Origin: Myxococcota bacterium | GTDB taxonomy: Bacteria > Myxococcota_A > SURF-8 | Direction: 5' to 3' | Assembly (NCBI GenBank): GCA_963674735.2 | Contig: CAXXQS010000002.1 | Coordinates: forward strand, 544,001-608,000 | Length of the DNA: 64,000 nucleotides | Shown here: positions 38,150 to 47,930 of the stretch, piece by piece | How the letters are laid out: each line of letters opens with the position of its first letter | Position numbering within the stretch: the stretch's first letter is position 1 | Program-made: the position numbers and the translations under genes | The notes under the pieces: model-generated | Databases searched by the model: none | What the model was told of the DNA's origin: nothing | What the model saw: only the letters and a program-made list of their open reading frames with translations

Positions 38150-39235
38150 CTACGGCGTTTCTCCGGCTTCAAGGCCCTGCAACCGATCGAAGATGAAACG
38201 GGCAAAGCGTTGGTTGGCCTTTCCGGTGAAATGGCCATCGCGATTGTTGTAGATCTCCAGACGCGAGCCCTTCTGGCCCAACTCTTCCTCCATGCGGCGC
38301 ACTTCCGGACCGAAATCGAAGCAGGCATGCTTTTTTTCTTTGCAAAACGCCATCATCATATCGGCAAAGCGGGAACGCTCGGGGGGCTTGAAACGCCGTC
38401 CGACCCCCCAACCGGCCATGAAGTCGCGAAACTCTTTCAGATCGCGCATCATATGCGGCGGCGGATATTGAAACAGGCGAAATTGCGCCCCGTCGTTTTC
38501 GATCAGCTTCGCCAGCCGATCGACCACCGAGAAGTGATAATCCAACACCCAACGAAATTCGTCGGGGGCGGTGAGATACTGGATGCGGGCCTTGAAACGC
38601 TGCTCGAAGGGCAGGTAATTCCAATCGTTTTTCACCACGTCGATGGCGACCTGAACGAAGCGCACCAAAGAGGAACGCCGCCAGCCGGTGCGCAAAAACT
38701 CTTCACCCGCCACCGCGATAGGAGCTCCATCGTCGTCGAAGGTGGCCATCTTGGCGTAGAGAACATCATCCTGCGGATCGAAGGTATCCACCAGTTGAAT
38801 GACGATATCGGGTTTGAGCGGCCGTATCAGCCGCCGATACACCACTTCCTCGATCAGCGGACTATAGGAAACGAAACCGAAGTTGAGAATCTCCACCTTG
38901 AGGTCGGGCCGTTCCTTCGCAATCAAATTACGCAGATGTTGCGGAATCGTCTGGTCGGGCGAGGTGAAACTGTAGGTAAAGGAATCGCCGATGAACGCGA
39001 TCCGCAACACCCCCGGTTCCTTCTCCACCCGGTAAGGCCGCTCGCGGTAATCCGTATGCCCGAGATTACCGTTTAAGAAATGAGAGGGAACATGATGAAA
39101 AATCGGGTGGTTGCCACGCACCACTTCCGTCATCGGCGGGTCTTTCCAGAAAAACCGGTAGAACAGTTCGGCCACCAGCAACGCACCGATCACATAAACA
39201 AAACCCTTTAATAATCGACGAATCCAAACTCGCAC
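38150..39235 (-). CDS. Membrane-anchored SGNH/GDSL hydrolase family protein
   Basis: N-terminal TM, RIAFIGDSFT, ILNFGFVSYS, DGHFT...AN. Confidence 0.85.
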   Translation of the reverse strand: MRVWIRRLLKGFVYVIGALLVAELFYRFFWKDPPMTEVVRGNHPIFHHVPSHFLNGNLGHTDYRERPYRVEKEPGVLRIAFIGDSFTYSFTSPDQTIPQHLRNLIAKERPDLKVEILNFGFVSYSPLIEEVVYRRLIRPLKPDIVIQLVDTFDPQDDVLYAKMATFDDDGAPIAVAGEEFLRTGWRRSSLVRFVQVAIDVVKNDWNYLPFEQRFKARIQYLTAPDEFRWVLDYHFSVVDRLAKLIENDGAQFRLFQYPPPHMMRDLKEFRDFMAGWGVGRRFKPPERSRFADMMMAFCKEKKHACFDFGPEVRRMEEELGQKGSRLEIYNNRDGHFTGKANQRFARFIFDRLQGLEAGETP

Positions 39236-39299
39236 CGGGTAGTCTCCTTACAGCAGAAAGTCCGCTCCGTTCAGCCCTAACTTTGGGGAACGGAGAGAT

Positions 39300-40421
39300 T
39301 CAGGGCGTTCGAGCAAAACCGTTTTCTTCCAGGCGATCCAGGATGAAACGGGCAAAACGGGCATTGGCCTTAGCGGTAAAGTGGCCGTTGTTGTTGTAGT
39401 AGATCGTCAAGCGCGATCCATCCGCCCCCAGTTCGTCTTCCATGCGCCTTACTTCCGGGAAGAAGTCATAACACGAAAAGCCCTTTTTCCGACAGAAATC
39501 AAGGACGAGCTCGCCGAAACGGTTGGTCGTCGGCGTCTCCCAGGTGGAAAACTGCACTCCCCAACCGATCATCAATTCAGCGAATTCATGCAGATCGCGC
39601 AAGTGAAACGGCCAGGGATATTGAAACAACAGAAGCTTGGAGCCGTCGCCCTGAATGGTTTTGCCCAGCCGCCCGGCAATGGTGAAGGAACGATCGATCA
39701 TGTCTTGAAAATCGCTGGGATTACGGGCGAATTTCGGGTAGTTCATGAATTTCATGCGCTCCGGCAGAAAATCCCAATCGTTGTTCGCCACCGACCAGGC
39801 GAATTCGATGAAGCGCAGAAAGGCCGAACGGCGAAAGCCGGTCTTGCGATACGGCTCCCCCGGAACCGCCACGACGCGGCCTGTTTCGGGATCGACGGTG
39901 GCCAGACGGGAGTAGAGGGTGTCGTCGATGGGATCGAAGGTATCGTAAAGCCACAACACCCAGTCGGCCTTCAATTCCCGCACCAGATTATGATATTCAA
40001 GTTCTTGAATGATCGGCGAATACGACACCATGCCGAAATTGAGGATTTCCACTTTCAGGGCGGGATGCTTTTCCGCCAACAGTTTCTCCAGGTGGCGCGG
40101 AATGGTCTGGTTGGGGCTGGTCATGGAATAGGTGAAGGAATCCCCCAAAAAAACGATACGCAGGGTATCCGGGGCTTTTTCGACCCGGTAACGGCGGCCG
40201 CGAAAGTCGTACTCGCCCAGTCCAGCCTGGGTGAAGGCCTTGGGGACGTGATGATAGATGGGGTGATTTCCCTCGATGATGTAGGTCATGGGCGGTTCGG
40301 TCCAAAACAGGCGAAAAAACAGCTCGCACAGAATAAGCGCAGCCAAGAGATACACACTCCAGCTTAAAAGCCGCTTGCCCGGCGATTTCCTAACGGGGGG
40401 TGAAGGAAGTGTCTCGCTCAT
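39300..40421 (-). CDS. Membrane-anchored SGNH/GDSL hydrolase family protein (paralog of the neighbour)
   Basis: RIVFLGDSFT, ILNFGMVSYS, NGHFT. Collinear similarity to 38150-39235. Confidence 0.85.
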   Translation of the reverse strand: MSETLPSPPVRKSPGKRLLSWSVYLLAALILCELFFRLFWTEPPMTYIIEGNHPIYHHVPKAFTQAGLGEYDFRGRRYRVEKAPDTLRIVFLGDSFTYSMTSPNQTIPRHLEKLLAEKHPALKVEILNFGMVSYSPIIQELEYHNLVRELKADWVLWLYDTFDPIDDTLYSRLATVDPETGRVVAVPGEPYRKTGFRRSAFLRFIEFAWSVANNDWDFLPERMKFMNYPKFARNPSDFQDMIDRSFTIAGRLGKTIQGDGSKLLLFQYPWPFHLRDLHEFAELMIGWGVQFSTWETPTTNRFGELVLDFCRKKGFSCYDFFPEVRRMEDELGADGSRLTIYYNNNGHFTAKANARFARFILDRLEENGFARTP

Positions 40422-40436
40422 CTTGTCCTCGGCGAT

Positions 40437-41564
40437 TCAACGATTGTCGGGTTCCGAACTTTTCTCGGGCAGCACGTCGCGGCAGGCGCGTATCTGTTCC
40501 AGATACAACTTCTCTACCGCATCCAATTCGTTCCGGCTTTGTTCCGTCCAGCGATTGCGCACCCGCAGACGCTCGCCCATCTCCACCGTGCGGTCGAACA
40601 AACGCATGGCCTTGCGTAGAAGCGGGCGCACCTGTTCGGCCAGCATGCAGCGGTACATGCGCGCTTCGTCGGAATCGGGAGCGAATTCCGGCGGCAGCTC
40701 CACCGCCTGGATGGACAGATTGAAATCGCGGTAAAGCTGGGCGATCTGGTAACCGGACGCCGTACTGAACGTGGCGTTATCCTGCTCGATGGCGCGCAAA
40801 AACCAGTCCTGGGCCGCTAAAAGCGCCTGCGCCTTGGTATTGAGATGCGCAAGCATGGTCTCTTTTTCGGCATACGGGATCGGTAATTCGTCGAAACGCG
40901 CACGCCCGATCAGGCCCAGCGTGTAAGCCGCCAGCGCACCGGGCACCTCGTTGACCACATCACCACGCCGTAACCCGATCTGATAATCGTGAAAGGTTTG
41001 CTGCAACAGATCTTCGGCGGTAGCCGTCTCGCCGAGATGAAAACGCGCCACCCCCTCACGCGCGGCCAGTTCGAGGCGATCTTCCTCCGAAACCGAGGCA
41101 TGCCGACGGCGAATCTCCGCAATCAGCGCCAGGGAATCGTCGAAACGCTCCAGGACATCCAGACAGGCCAGCATGCGAAAGCGGGCATCCAGCCGATCCC
41201 GCGGAGCCGCGGCCCGCTCGACCACTCGCCGGAAACGCGTAAGCGCTTCTTCGTGCCGGTTGCGACGCTGCAGAATAAGCCCGGCGTTATAGGCGGCGTC
41301 GGACACCTGGGGAGCCTCGGGATAGCGTGCAATCAGGGCATCGAAATAGCGCAGGGCGGCGTCATGGCGACCGCCGTTATAGTCGTCCACGCCGCGTTCG
41401 AACAGATCTTCGGGCGACAGACTGGGATCGATCCCGGCGAAAGGGTCCACGGACGCCGGTTTGGGATTGCCGCGCACCACCTCGGGTGCAAGCGCCACTC
41501 GCGAGGTCTGGCAGGCCCCCAGCACCAGAAGCAGCAACAAACCGACAGCCACAACCCCACGCAT
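40437..41564 (-). CDS. TPR-repeat lipoprotein
   Basis: LGAC lipobox and TPR helices (LFERGVDDY...ALRYFDALIARYP...AAYNAG). Confidence 0.82.
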   Translation of the reverse strand: MRGVVAVGLLLLLVLGACQTSRVALAPEVVRGNPKPASVDPFAGIDPSLSPEDLFERGVDDYNGGRHDAALRYFDALIARYPEAPQVSDAAYNAGLILQRRNRHEEALTRFRRVVERAAAPRDRLDARFRMLACLDVLERFDDSLALIAEIRRRHASVSEEDRLELAAREGVARFHLGETATAEDLLQQTFHDYQIGLRRGDVVNEVPGALAAYTLGLIGRARFDELPIPYAEKETMLAHLNTKAQALLAAQDWFLRAIEQDNATFSTASGYQIAQLYRDFNLSIQAVELPPEFAPDSDEARMYRCMLAEQVRPLLRKAMRLFDRTVEMGERLRVRNRWTEQSRNELDAVEKLYLEQIRACRDVLPEKSSEPDNR

Positions 41565-42700
41565 CAGGCCAAGCCCTCCCGCACGCTTTCTCCGATACTC
41601 AAAAGGCCTTCGATATCAGCAACATCGGCCTTGAGCAAGGGGGCGTGATAGAGTTCCGGGGGGGGATTGAAACCGATGCGGAACTGCTCGACCAGCCGCT
41701 GCTGATGACGGGCGGCAGCGGCGTAACGCTGTTGCGACTCCACCAACCGCTCGATGAATGCATCGCACTGCAAGCCGCGCGCGTCGGGATGGGCCGCGCA
41801 ACGCGCCTGAATCTCGGATGCGCGTAACTCGCCCTGCGGGCCGGGCAACATGCGGTTGATCAGAAAACCGCCGAAAGGCAGTTCCATACGCTGTAGTTCG
41901 CGATGAAACAGCGCGGCATCCTGCAGGGAGCTCGGCTGTGCGGTGGCCACCACCAGAAAACGGGAATCGGGATCGTGCAGCAGGGTCTGCACCGAACGCG
42001 CTCGCTCGCGAAAGCCCTCGTACATCCCCTGAAAGAGCAGCAGGTATTCCGACAAATCCTCCAGCATGTCACCGCCCACAAAGCGGGTGAGGGTTTTAAA
42101 GATATAGGCCGAGCCGAAGCTCAACACTTGCACCCCCACCTTGCCCGCCATGAGATAAGGCTTGATCACCCAGCGGAAAATGGATTCGTCGAACGCATCG
42201 ATCAGGCGCTGGGGGGCATCGAGAAAATCGAGCGCGTGCACCGTGGGTGGCGTATCGAGCACCAGCAGGTCGTAGGCGTCCTGTTCACTCAGTTCATACA
42301 GCCGTTCCATGGCCGTGTATTCCTGCGAACCGCCCACCGCTCCGGAAAAATGGCGATAGAACTTGTTGTTCAGAATGGCCTCGGCCTGCTTGGACGTCGT
42401 GGCGTTGCGCTGCACCAGGCGGTCGAAGGTACTGCGCACATCCAGCATGATGGCGTCGAGCCGTCCCGTTTCGTAATCGGGCAAGGGCGGAACGTCGATG
42501 GCGCGCGCTTCGTCGCCGATGTCGCTCAAGCCGAGCGAGGAGGCCAAACGCCGCGCGGGATCGATGGTCAGCACGGCTACATTGCGCCCCAACCGGGCGG
42601 CACGGCAGGCGATGGCGGCGGCCAGAGTGGTTTTGCCCACCCCGCCCGCTCCGCAGGTGATGATCACCCGCTTGTTTTCGAAAATGCGATCAAGATCCAT
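41564..42700 (-). CDS. ArsA/Get3-family ATPase, subunit with intact switch I
   Basis: GAGGVGKTT, TIDPARRLASSLG, GSQEYTAMERL, VLDTPP. Confidence 0.9.
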   Translation of the reverse strand: MDLDRIFENKRVIITCGAGGVGKTTLAAAIACRAARLGRNVAVLTIDPARRLASSLGLSDIGDEARAIDVPPLPDYETGRLDAIMLDVRSTFDRLVQRNATTSKQAEAILNNKFYRHFSGAVGGSQEYTAMERLYELSEQDAYDLLVLDTPPTVHALDFLDAPQRLIDAFDESIFRWVIKPYLMAGKVGVQVLSFGSAYIFKTLTRFVGGDMLEDLSEYLLLFQGMYEGFRERARSVQTLLHDPDSRFLVVATAQPSSLQDAALFHRELQRMELPFGGFLINRMLPGPQGELRASEIQARCAAHPDARGLQCDAFIERLVESQQRYAAAARHQQRLVEQFRIGFNPPPELYHAPLLKADVADIEGLLSIGESVREGLA

Positions 42701-43643
42701 GGTAGCTCGCCAACTCTTCCTCGATATTCAGCGCGATGCGCTCGGTTTCGGCCGGTCCGAAGTTGTCGGAGAACATGAACGGCAGCCGCACCTCGGGCAG
42801 AGGCACGCGGCGGGCCAGCTCTTTCACGTATTGGTCGGACAAGCGCCGCCGTCGAATCATGGTATCGGCCTGGCTCACCAATTCGGCGATTTCGGGATCC
42901 TCTCCCAGCAATTGCGCCAACTGTTCCAACCGCCCTTCATCATAAGCTTCGAAAAAGCGTGGAAAGACGGCATTGATGAAAATCGCCCCCATGGGAAGCC
43001 CCAGTTCGCGGTTGATTTTCTCGTAGCTCTCGGCGGTTTCCGCCACCGGCATTTCTTCGGGCAGGGTGACGAAATTGACGGCGGTTTTCAGCGGATTCTG
43101 CAACATGGCGATCATCCCGGCGGCTTCACGCTGGATCGGCCCGGTTTTGACGGCCCGCTGCATGACAAACGGAAGTTCCAGAAGAAACATCCCGTGGCCG
43201 GTGGGGGGGGCATCCACGATCACCAGATCGTAGACGGGACGCCCGGTTTTCTTGTCCATCTGGTTGACATGATAGTAGATTTTTCCCAACACCACCAGAT
43301 CGTTCAAGGCCGGAACGGCCTTCAGAAAATACTTGACGGCCCGATTTTCGAAAACCAGACGGTAGATGAACTCCAGCCGCACCTGCAAAAGCACGTATTC
43401 CTTCATGGCGGCGGTGGGTTCGATATTCACCCCGAACAGTCCCGGCATCACTTCATGGATATCCCGTCCGGCGGGGGCGCAACCGAGATAGGAGGCGATT
43501 TTGTCGGGGGTGTTCACCTGCACAAGCAAGACGCGCTTGCCGCGCTTGAGCGCGAGGCGGGCCAGCGCGGCCGAAACAAGGCTTTTGCCCACTCCGCCCT
43601 TGCCCATGATAAACAACAGTCGCCGATCGAGCAGATTACCCAT
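42690..43643 (-). CDS. ArsA/Get3-family ATPase, subunit with degenerate switch I
   Basis: Probable start MGNLLD at 43643. GKGGVGKS, VDAPPTGH, VTLPEEMPVAET. The switch I region reads VQVNTPD. Confidence 0.9.
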   Translation of the reverse strand: MGNLLDRRLLFIMGKGGVGKSLVSAALARLALKRGKRVLLVQVNTPDKIASYLGCAPAGRDIHEVMPGLFGVNIEPTAAMKEYVLLQVRLEFIYRLVFENRAVKYFLKAVPALNDLVVLGKIYYHVNQMDKKTGRPVYDLVIVDAPPTGHGMFLLELPFVMQRAVKTGPIQREAAGMIAMLQNPLKTAVNFVTLPEEMPVAETAESYEKINRELGLPMGAIFINAVFPRFFEAYDEGRLEQLAQLLGEDPEIAELVSQADTMIRRRRLSDQYVKELARRVPLPEVRLPFMFSDNFGPAETERIALNIEEELASYHGS

Positions 43644-43704
43644 TTTCGACCCACCGCTCCGGTTCATTCTTGAGGCGTTACGATAGCTTCCACCCGACGG
43701 GCTG

Positions 43705-44646
43705 TCAAGCAACACCGCCTTTTAAGGCCGAATCCGCCTGTCCCGGCAACGCGTTCACCAGAGCGGCCAACGTCCGGTTCACCGGCGTCGGCACCCCGTT
43801 TCGCTCCCCGAGACGCGCAACCGCGCCGCAGATGGCGTCGATTTCCGTGCGGCGTCGGGCCGTGACATCCTGATACATACTGGAGTGGTTCTCGGCGGTC
43901 AGGCGCATCACCTCACGGGTGCGGGCAACGAGCGAGTCGGCATCGAGGGCCATGCCTTCGGCCTGCGCCACGGCGGAAACCTCGCGCACGGCGGCGTCAC
44001 AGACGACCAGCAGGTCGGGCCGGTCGAGCAACGCGCCGTTTTTAAGGCGCAACAGAGCCGTGAAAGGATTGATCCCGCAATTGACGGCCAGCTTGGAAAA
44101 CAGGATGGAGCGAACGTCGTCGACCGGCTTGAAAAGAACGCCCGCTTGCGTGAAAGCCTCGGCCACCCGAGTCAAACGCGCACTGAAACCGCCCTGCCAG
44201 TCGCCGATGAACGTTTCCCCTTCTCCCGCATGGTGCAACACACCCGCGCTATCCAGGTAGCCGCCCATGGTGGTGGTGGCGGCCATAACCTGTGTCGGAT
44301 CAAGGACTTCCGCCAGCGTCTCGGCGTTACCGATGCCGTTTTGCAGGCTGATGGCCGTGGTTCGTTCACCGAATAACACCCGGTGCTGCCGGACGGCCTG
44401 AGCCGTATCGTAGGCTTTCACCGTCACGATCGCGACGTCCACTTCCCCGGCCTGCTTGGCGTCGGTCACCACCCGCAGCGGGCTTGTATGCGACCCGCGT
44501 ACACCCTGTATGCGCAACCCGTCGCGTTGCAGGTTCTCCACCCGCTTGCCCGGCCGACCCACAAACACGACCTCCAGCCCTCCGAGAGTCAGATAGCCCC
44601 CAATCATACTTCCCACGGCCCCGGGGCCGACAATGGCGACTCGCAT
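43705..44646 (-). CDS. panE: 2-dehydropantoate 2-reductase (ketopantoate reductase)
   Basis: MRVAIVGPGAVG, VKAYD, LQNG, KLAVNCGINP, SSMYQD, RTEIDAICG. Confidence 0.95.
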   Translation of the reverse strand: MRVAIVGPGAVGSMIGGYLTLGGLEVVFVGRPGKRVENLQRDGLRIQGVRGSHTSPLRVVTDAKQAGEVDVAIVTVKAYDTAQAVRQHRVLFGERTTAISLQNGIGNAETLAEVLDPTQVMAATTTMGGYLDSAGVLHHAGEGETFIGDWQGGFSARLTRVAEAFTQAGVLFKPVDDVRSILFSKLAVNCGINPFTALLRLKNGALLDRPDLLVVCDAAVREVSAVAQAEGMALDADSLVARTREVMRLTAENHSSMYQDVTARRRTEIDAICGAVARLGERNGVPTPVNRTLAALVNALPGQADSALKGGVA

Positions 44647-44874
44647 CCTCAATCCTTTCTTCATCCTTCACGCCGTCTTATAGCGCCGGAGACCCATCGT
44701 ATGCCAGACATGTAAAGGGGTCAAGCAAAGCCGCGCACCAGTTCCGAAGCGTGATTTTTGTATTTGATACTAGGATTCATACCATTTTCCTTGACTCTGC
44801 CGTCAAAACACGGTAGAAACCCGACGCTCTTGCTATGTGACAACGTGACTAATGAATCGAGAGGTACCCCACAC

Positions 44875-45315
44875 ATGAAGCTAACTGCACAAATTGAGTA
44901 TGCGTACTGGGCCTTGCTTGACATCGCCGAACGCTACAACCCCGAAGCCACCGTCAACCTCAACGAAATTTCGCAACGAAACGGGATCCCTGAAAAATAC
45001 TTGCTTCAAGTCATGCTCAAGCTGAAGAAGAAAGGTCTGGTTCGTTCCCGTCGCGGCAGCGGCGGCGGTTTCCAGCTGACGCGCGAACCCAAGGACATCA
45101 ACTTGTCCGAAGTGGTCGGCATCCTCGGCGGTCCGCAGCAGGAAATCAACAGCGCCTTCAAACCGGGCAACAAAAAACGCCCCAACCCCAAAAACGCCTT
45201 CTTCACCATCTGGCGCACCGGCCAGGAAGCGTTTTTCGAGGAGCTCAACAAGTACACGCTTGAAACGCTGATTCAGAAAGAAAAGAAAGCCAAAAGCAAG
45301 AAAAACGGGAAGTAG
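44875..45315 (+). CDS. Rrf2 family transcriptional regulator (no Fe-S cysteines)
   Basis: Start MKLTAQIEYA with GAGG RBS. IPEKYLLQV, SRRGSGGGFQL. Confidence 0.92.
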   Translation: MKLTAQIEYAYWALLDIAERYNPEATVNLNEISQRNGIPEKYLLQVMLKLKKKGLVRSRRGSGGGFQLTREPKDINLSEVVGILGGPQQEINSAFKPGNKKRPNPKNAFFTIWRTGQEAFFEELNKYTLETLIQKEKKAKSKKNGK

Positions 45316-45398
45316 TCGCGGCTGAGCCTCGCAGCCTTACCCGATCTTGTTCAGCATACGCCCGTTGTCAAAAGCGGGCGTATGTGCTTTTATGAAAC

Positions 45399-46289
45399 AT
45401 GACCGTCATCAGCGCATCCCGCCGCACCGACCTTCCCGCCTTTCACGGCGCATGGCTGCGGCGACGTTTGCAGGAAGGTTTCTGCGAAGTCCGCCACCCC
45501 TTCACCGGGGCCGTCAACCACGTCGATCTCACCCCCGAGGCGGTGGACGCCTTCGTCTTCTGGAGCAAGGATTTCAGCCGTTTTCAGCCTCTGCTCGACG
45601 AAGCCGAAGCCCTGGGACATCGCGTCTTCGCCTTTCAGTACACCCTCAACGCCTATCCCGCCTGGCTGGAGCCGCGCGTGGCGGAGCCGACCGTGCTCGT
45701 CAAAGCGGCACAGGCCCTGGCGAAACGCTACTCGCCGGCGGCGCTGGTGTGGCGTTACGACCCCATTCTGATCACACGGGAATTGTCGATCGACGATCAC
45801 TTGCGCCGTTTCGGCGATCTGGCCCGACGCCTGGAGGGAGCCACTGAACAGGTGACGACCAGTTTCCTCGATCGCTACCGCAAGACGGATCGCAACCTGC
45901 TGCCGATCCTGGCCGAACGGGGCGACCGGCTTGAAGATCCCGGACTACTCGAACGACGGGAATGGGTTGAGCGTCTGGCGGCCATCGCCCGCCGTCACGG
46001 CATGGGGCTGTCGCTTTGTTGCGAAACAGACCTGCTCTCGCCCAACACGGCCAAAGCCCGTTGCGTCGACCGCGATCGACTCGGGCGTCTGGCGGGTCGC
46101 CCGCTCGACCTACCCGCCCGTCCCACACGCAAAGGCTGCGGGTGCCATGCCTCCGTGGACATCGGCGGTTACGACACCTGCCCGCACGGATGCCGCTACT
46201 GTTATGCCAATGCGGCCTCCGACGTCGCCCTGAGACGCACCGAAGTCGACCCGGCTCATCCGATCCTGGAGATGGCGCCTCGCCGGTAA
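45399..46289 (+). CDS. DUF1848 family protein (radical-SAM-related)
   Basis: ISASRRTDLPAF, VFWSK, WRYDPI, GCGCHASVDIGGYDTCPHGCRYCYAN. Confidence 0.92.
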   Translation: MTVISASRRTDLPAFHGAWLRRRLQEGFCEVRHPFTGAVNHVDLTPEAVDAFVFWSKDFSRFQPLLDEAEALGHRVFAFQYTLNAYPAWLEPRVAEPTVLVKAAQALAKRYSPAALVWRYDPILITRELSIDDHLRRFGDLARRLEGATEQVTTSFLDRYRKTDRNLLPILAERGDRLEDPGLLERREWVERLAAIARRHGMGLSLCCETDLLSPNTAKARCVDRDRLGRLAGRPLDLPARPTRKGCGCHASVDIGGYDTCPHGCRYCYANAASDVALRRTEVDPAHPILEMAPRR

Positions 46290-46323
46290 ATTCAAGACGA
46301 TCACGATTTGAAATGGATTCCGA

Positions 46324-47442
46324 TCAGAGGATACTCGATCGGTGACGCAGACGCGCCAAGGCTCGGCGGCATTGCTCGGCTTCGCGAATGCGGTTGTGCT
46401 CGGGGTAGATACACAAGAGCCGTTCCAGCATTTCGCGCGCGGCGTCGTCATCCCAGGCCTGTAGGAAAAAGGCGTTTTCGATTTCCACCAAGGCTCCGGC
46501 GTAGTCGCCCCGGGCGTCCAGCTCGGCCGCCAGTTTCAACCGGGCGCGATAGCTGCCGGGATCGGCTTCACGTAAAAACTGGGTTTTGGGATGCTCGCGG
46601 ATTTCGGCCGGAGGTGGCACTTCGGCCATATCGAAGAACTGAACCGCCTCGGGTTCCGACATTTCGGGAATCTGCAAATCGCCCGCGTGCCACCAGTAGT
46701 GATAGCCATTGACGAACATGGGCGTGCGCAAATGACGGAAATAGGCATGGTGCGCCTGGGTGATCTGTCCGCGCATGGCGTGCAGGCGGGCGGTCCACAA
46801 AGAGGGCGCACCGAACATCGGCAAGGTGCGTGCGGCGGTTTCAAGGTACTGGAAAGACATATCGAAACCATGAACGGCGTACTGATTCATGGCGCTGTAA
46901 ACCAAGGGGAAAACCGCCTCGCTATCCATGGCCAACACGTTGTTCTGCCACATCAACGCGGTCGAGGGCGGCGTGGTCATCAGATCGAACTCATCGAGAC
47001 CGCAGGAACCCTGGAACAATTCGAGAATCTTGCGAATCTCGTCCCAGTCCTCGCTGCCGACCGAGTCGATCAGTTCCTTTCCGAGCCACCAAACGAAAAA
47101 AGCTTTCATACTGTGCGTAATAGGCAGGAAATGATTGGTTTCCTGCATCCAGATACCGATCGGCACCCGCCCGTCGACGCCACGCCAGGGCAGGTAGAAG
47201 CAATACATATCGCCTTCCTGCTCGCGACCGAACGGCACCAGTCCCGGCATCATCATGGAGGGCCGATGCTCCTCCGAAATCACCTCACCCACGCGAAAGA
47301 ACCCGAGAAACTCGTAAAACTCCTCGGGTAGGTTCTCGTAGAGCTCAAGCATGGTTTCGGGGATCTGAAAACCGAAACGGTCTTCAAACTCGCCTCGCAT
47401 CGTGTCGTCGACTTTTTTCGTCCAAAGGAACAGTTGTCCCAT
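46324..47442 (-). CDS. SMI1/KNR4 (SUKH) domain protein with helical/TPR-like C-terminus
   Basis: Probable start MGQLFLW at 47442. FEDRFGFQIPE...LY, LVPFGREQEGDMYCF, PIGIW...E...PITHSMKAF. Confidence 0.72.
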   Translation of the reverse strand: MGQLFLWTKKVDDTMRGEFEDRFGFQIPETMLELYENLPEEFYEFLGFFRVGEVISEEHRPSMMMPGLVPFGREQEGDMYCFYLPWRGVDGRVPIGIWMQETNHFLPITHSMKAFFVWWLGKELIDSVGSEDWDEIRKILELFQGSCGLDEFDLMTTPPSTALMWQNNVLAMDSEAVFPLVYSAMNQYAVHGFDMSFQYLETAARTLPMFGAPSLWTARLHAMRGQITQAHHAYFRHLRTPMFVNGYHYWWHAGDLQIPEMSEPEAVQFFDMAEVPPPAEIREHPKTQFLREADPGSYRARLKLAAELDARGDYAGALVEIENAFFLQAWDDDAAREMLERLLCIYPEHNRIREAEQCRRALARLRHRSSIL

Positions 47443-47930
47443 AGTGCTGTATTCTCTATGTAGATAGTGGGATTGGCCGAGTCGTTGACCGTGCCGTGTT
47501 TTCACCCCACAGGTTTGCCAACAGGTTGACCCGACTCTACTCGAATTGCCCCGGCTTGTCCAATACGATTTCACACTTTTTATAAGCCGTTGACATTCCA
47601 TACCCTTTGCCTTTTCCTCATGAGAACCGCCCTTTGTCGATCTCATTTCAGACACCGACCTCGTGGCGATCCGAGGCTCGGCAACGCAAATCATTGGACT
47701 TTTTCTGCGCGAATGGCAAAACGCTGCATTAATTCTCTCCCATAATTTCCTTGACAATGATCCGAGGGTCTGTTAATGCTCTCACTCCTGAATTGCCGGA
47801 TAGCGAGATCCGGACCCGTGTAAGTTGTCCCAACACGCCGTGCGGCGGAAGTAGGGGTGGCCGAAGCCTATTTCGGCGGCATTGATGCGAAAGGAAGAGA
47901 ATGCGGAATCCTACGAACAAACACGTCGGC

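Noticed and set aside
41564-43643. Arsenic resistance operon
   Set aside because: No arsB, acr3, arsC, arsD or arsR. The motif pattern matches the Get3-like paired ATPases.
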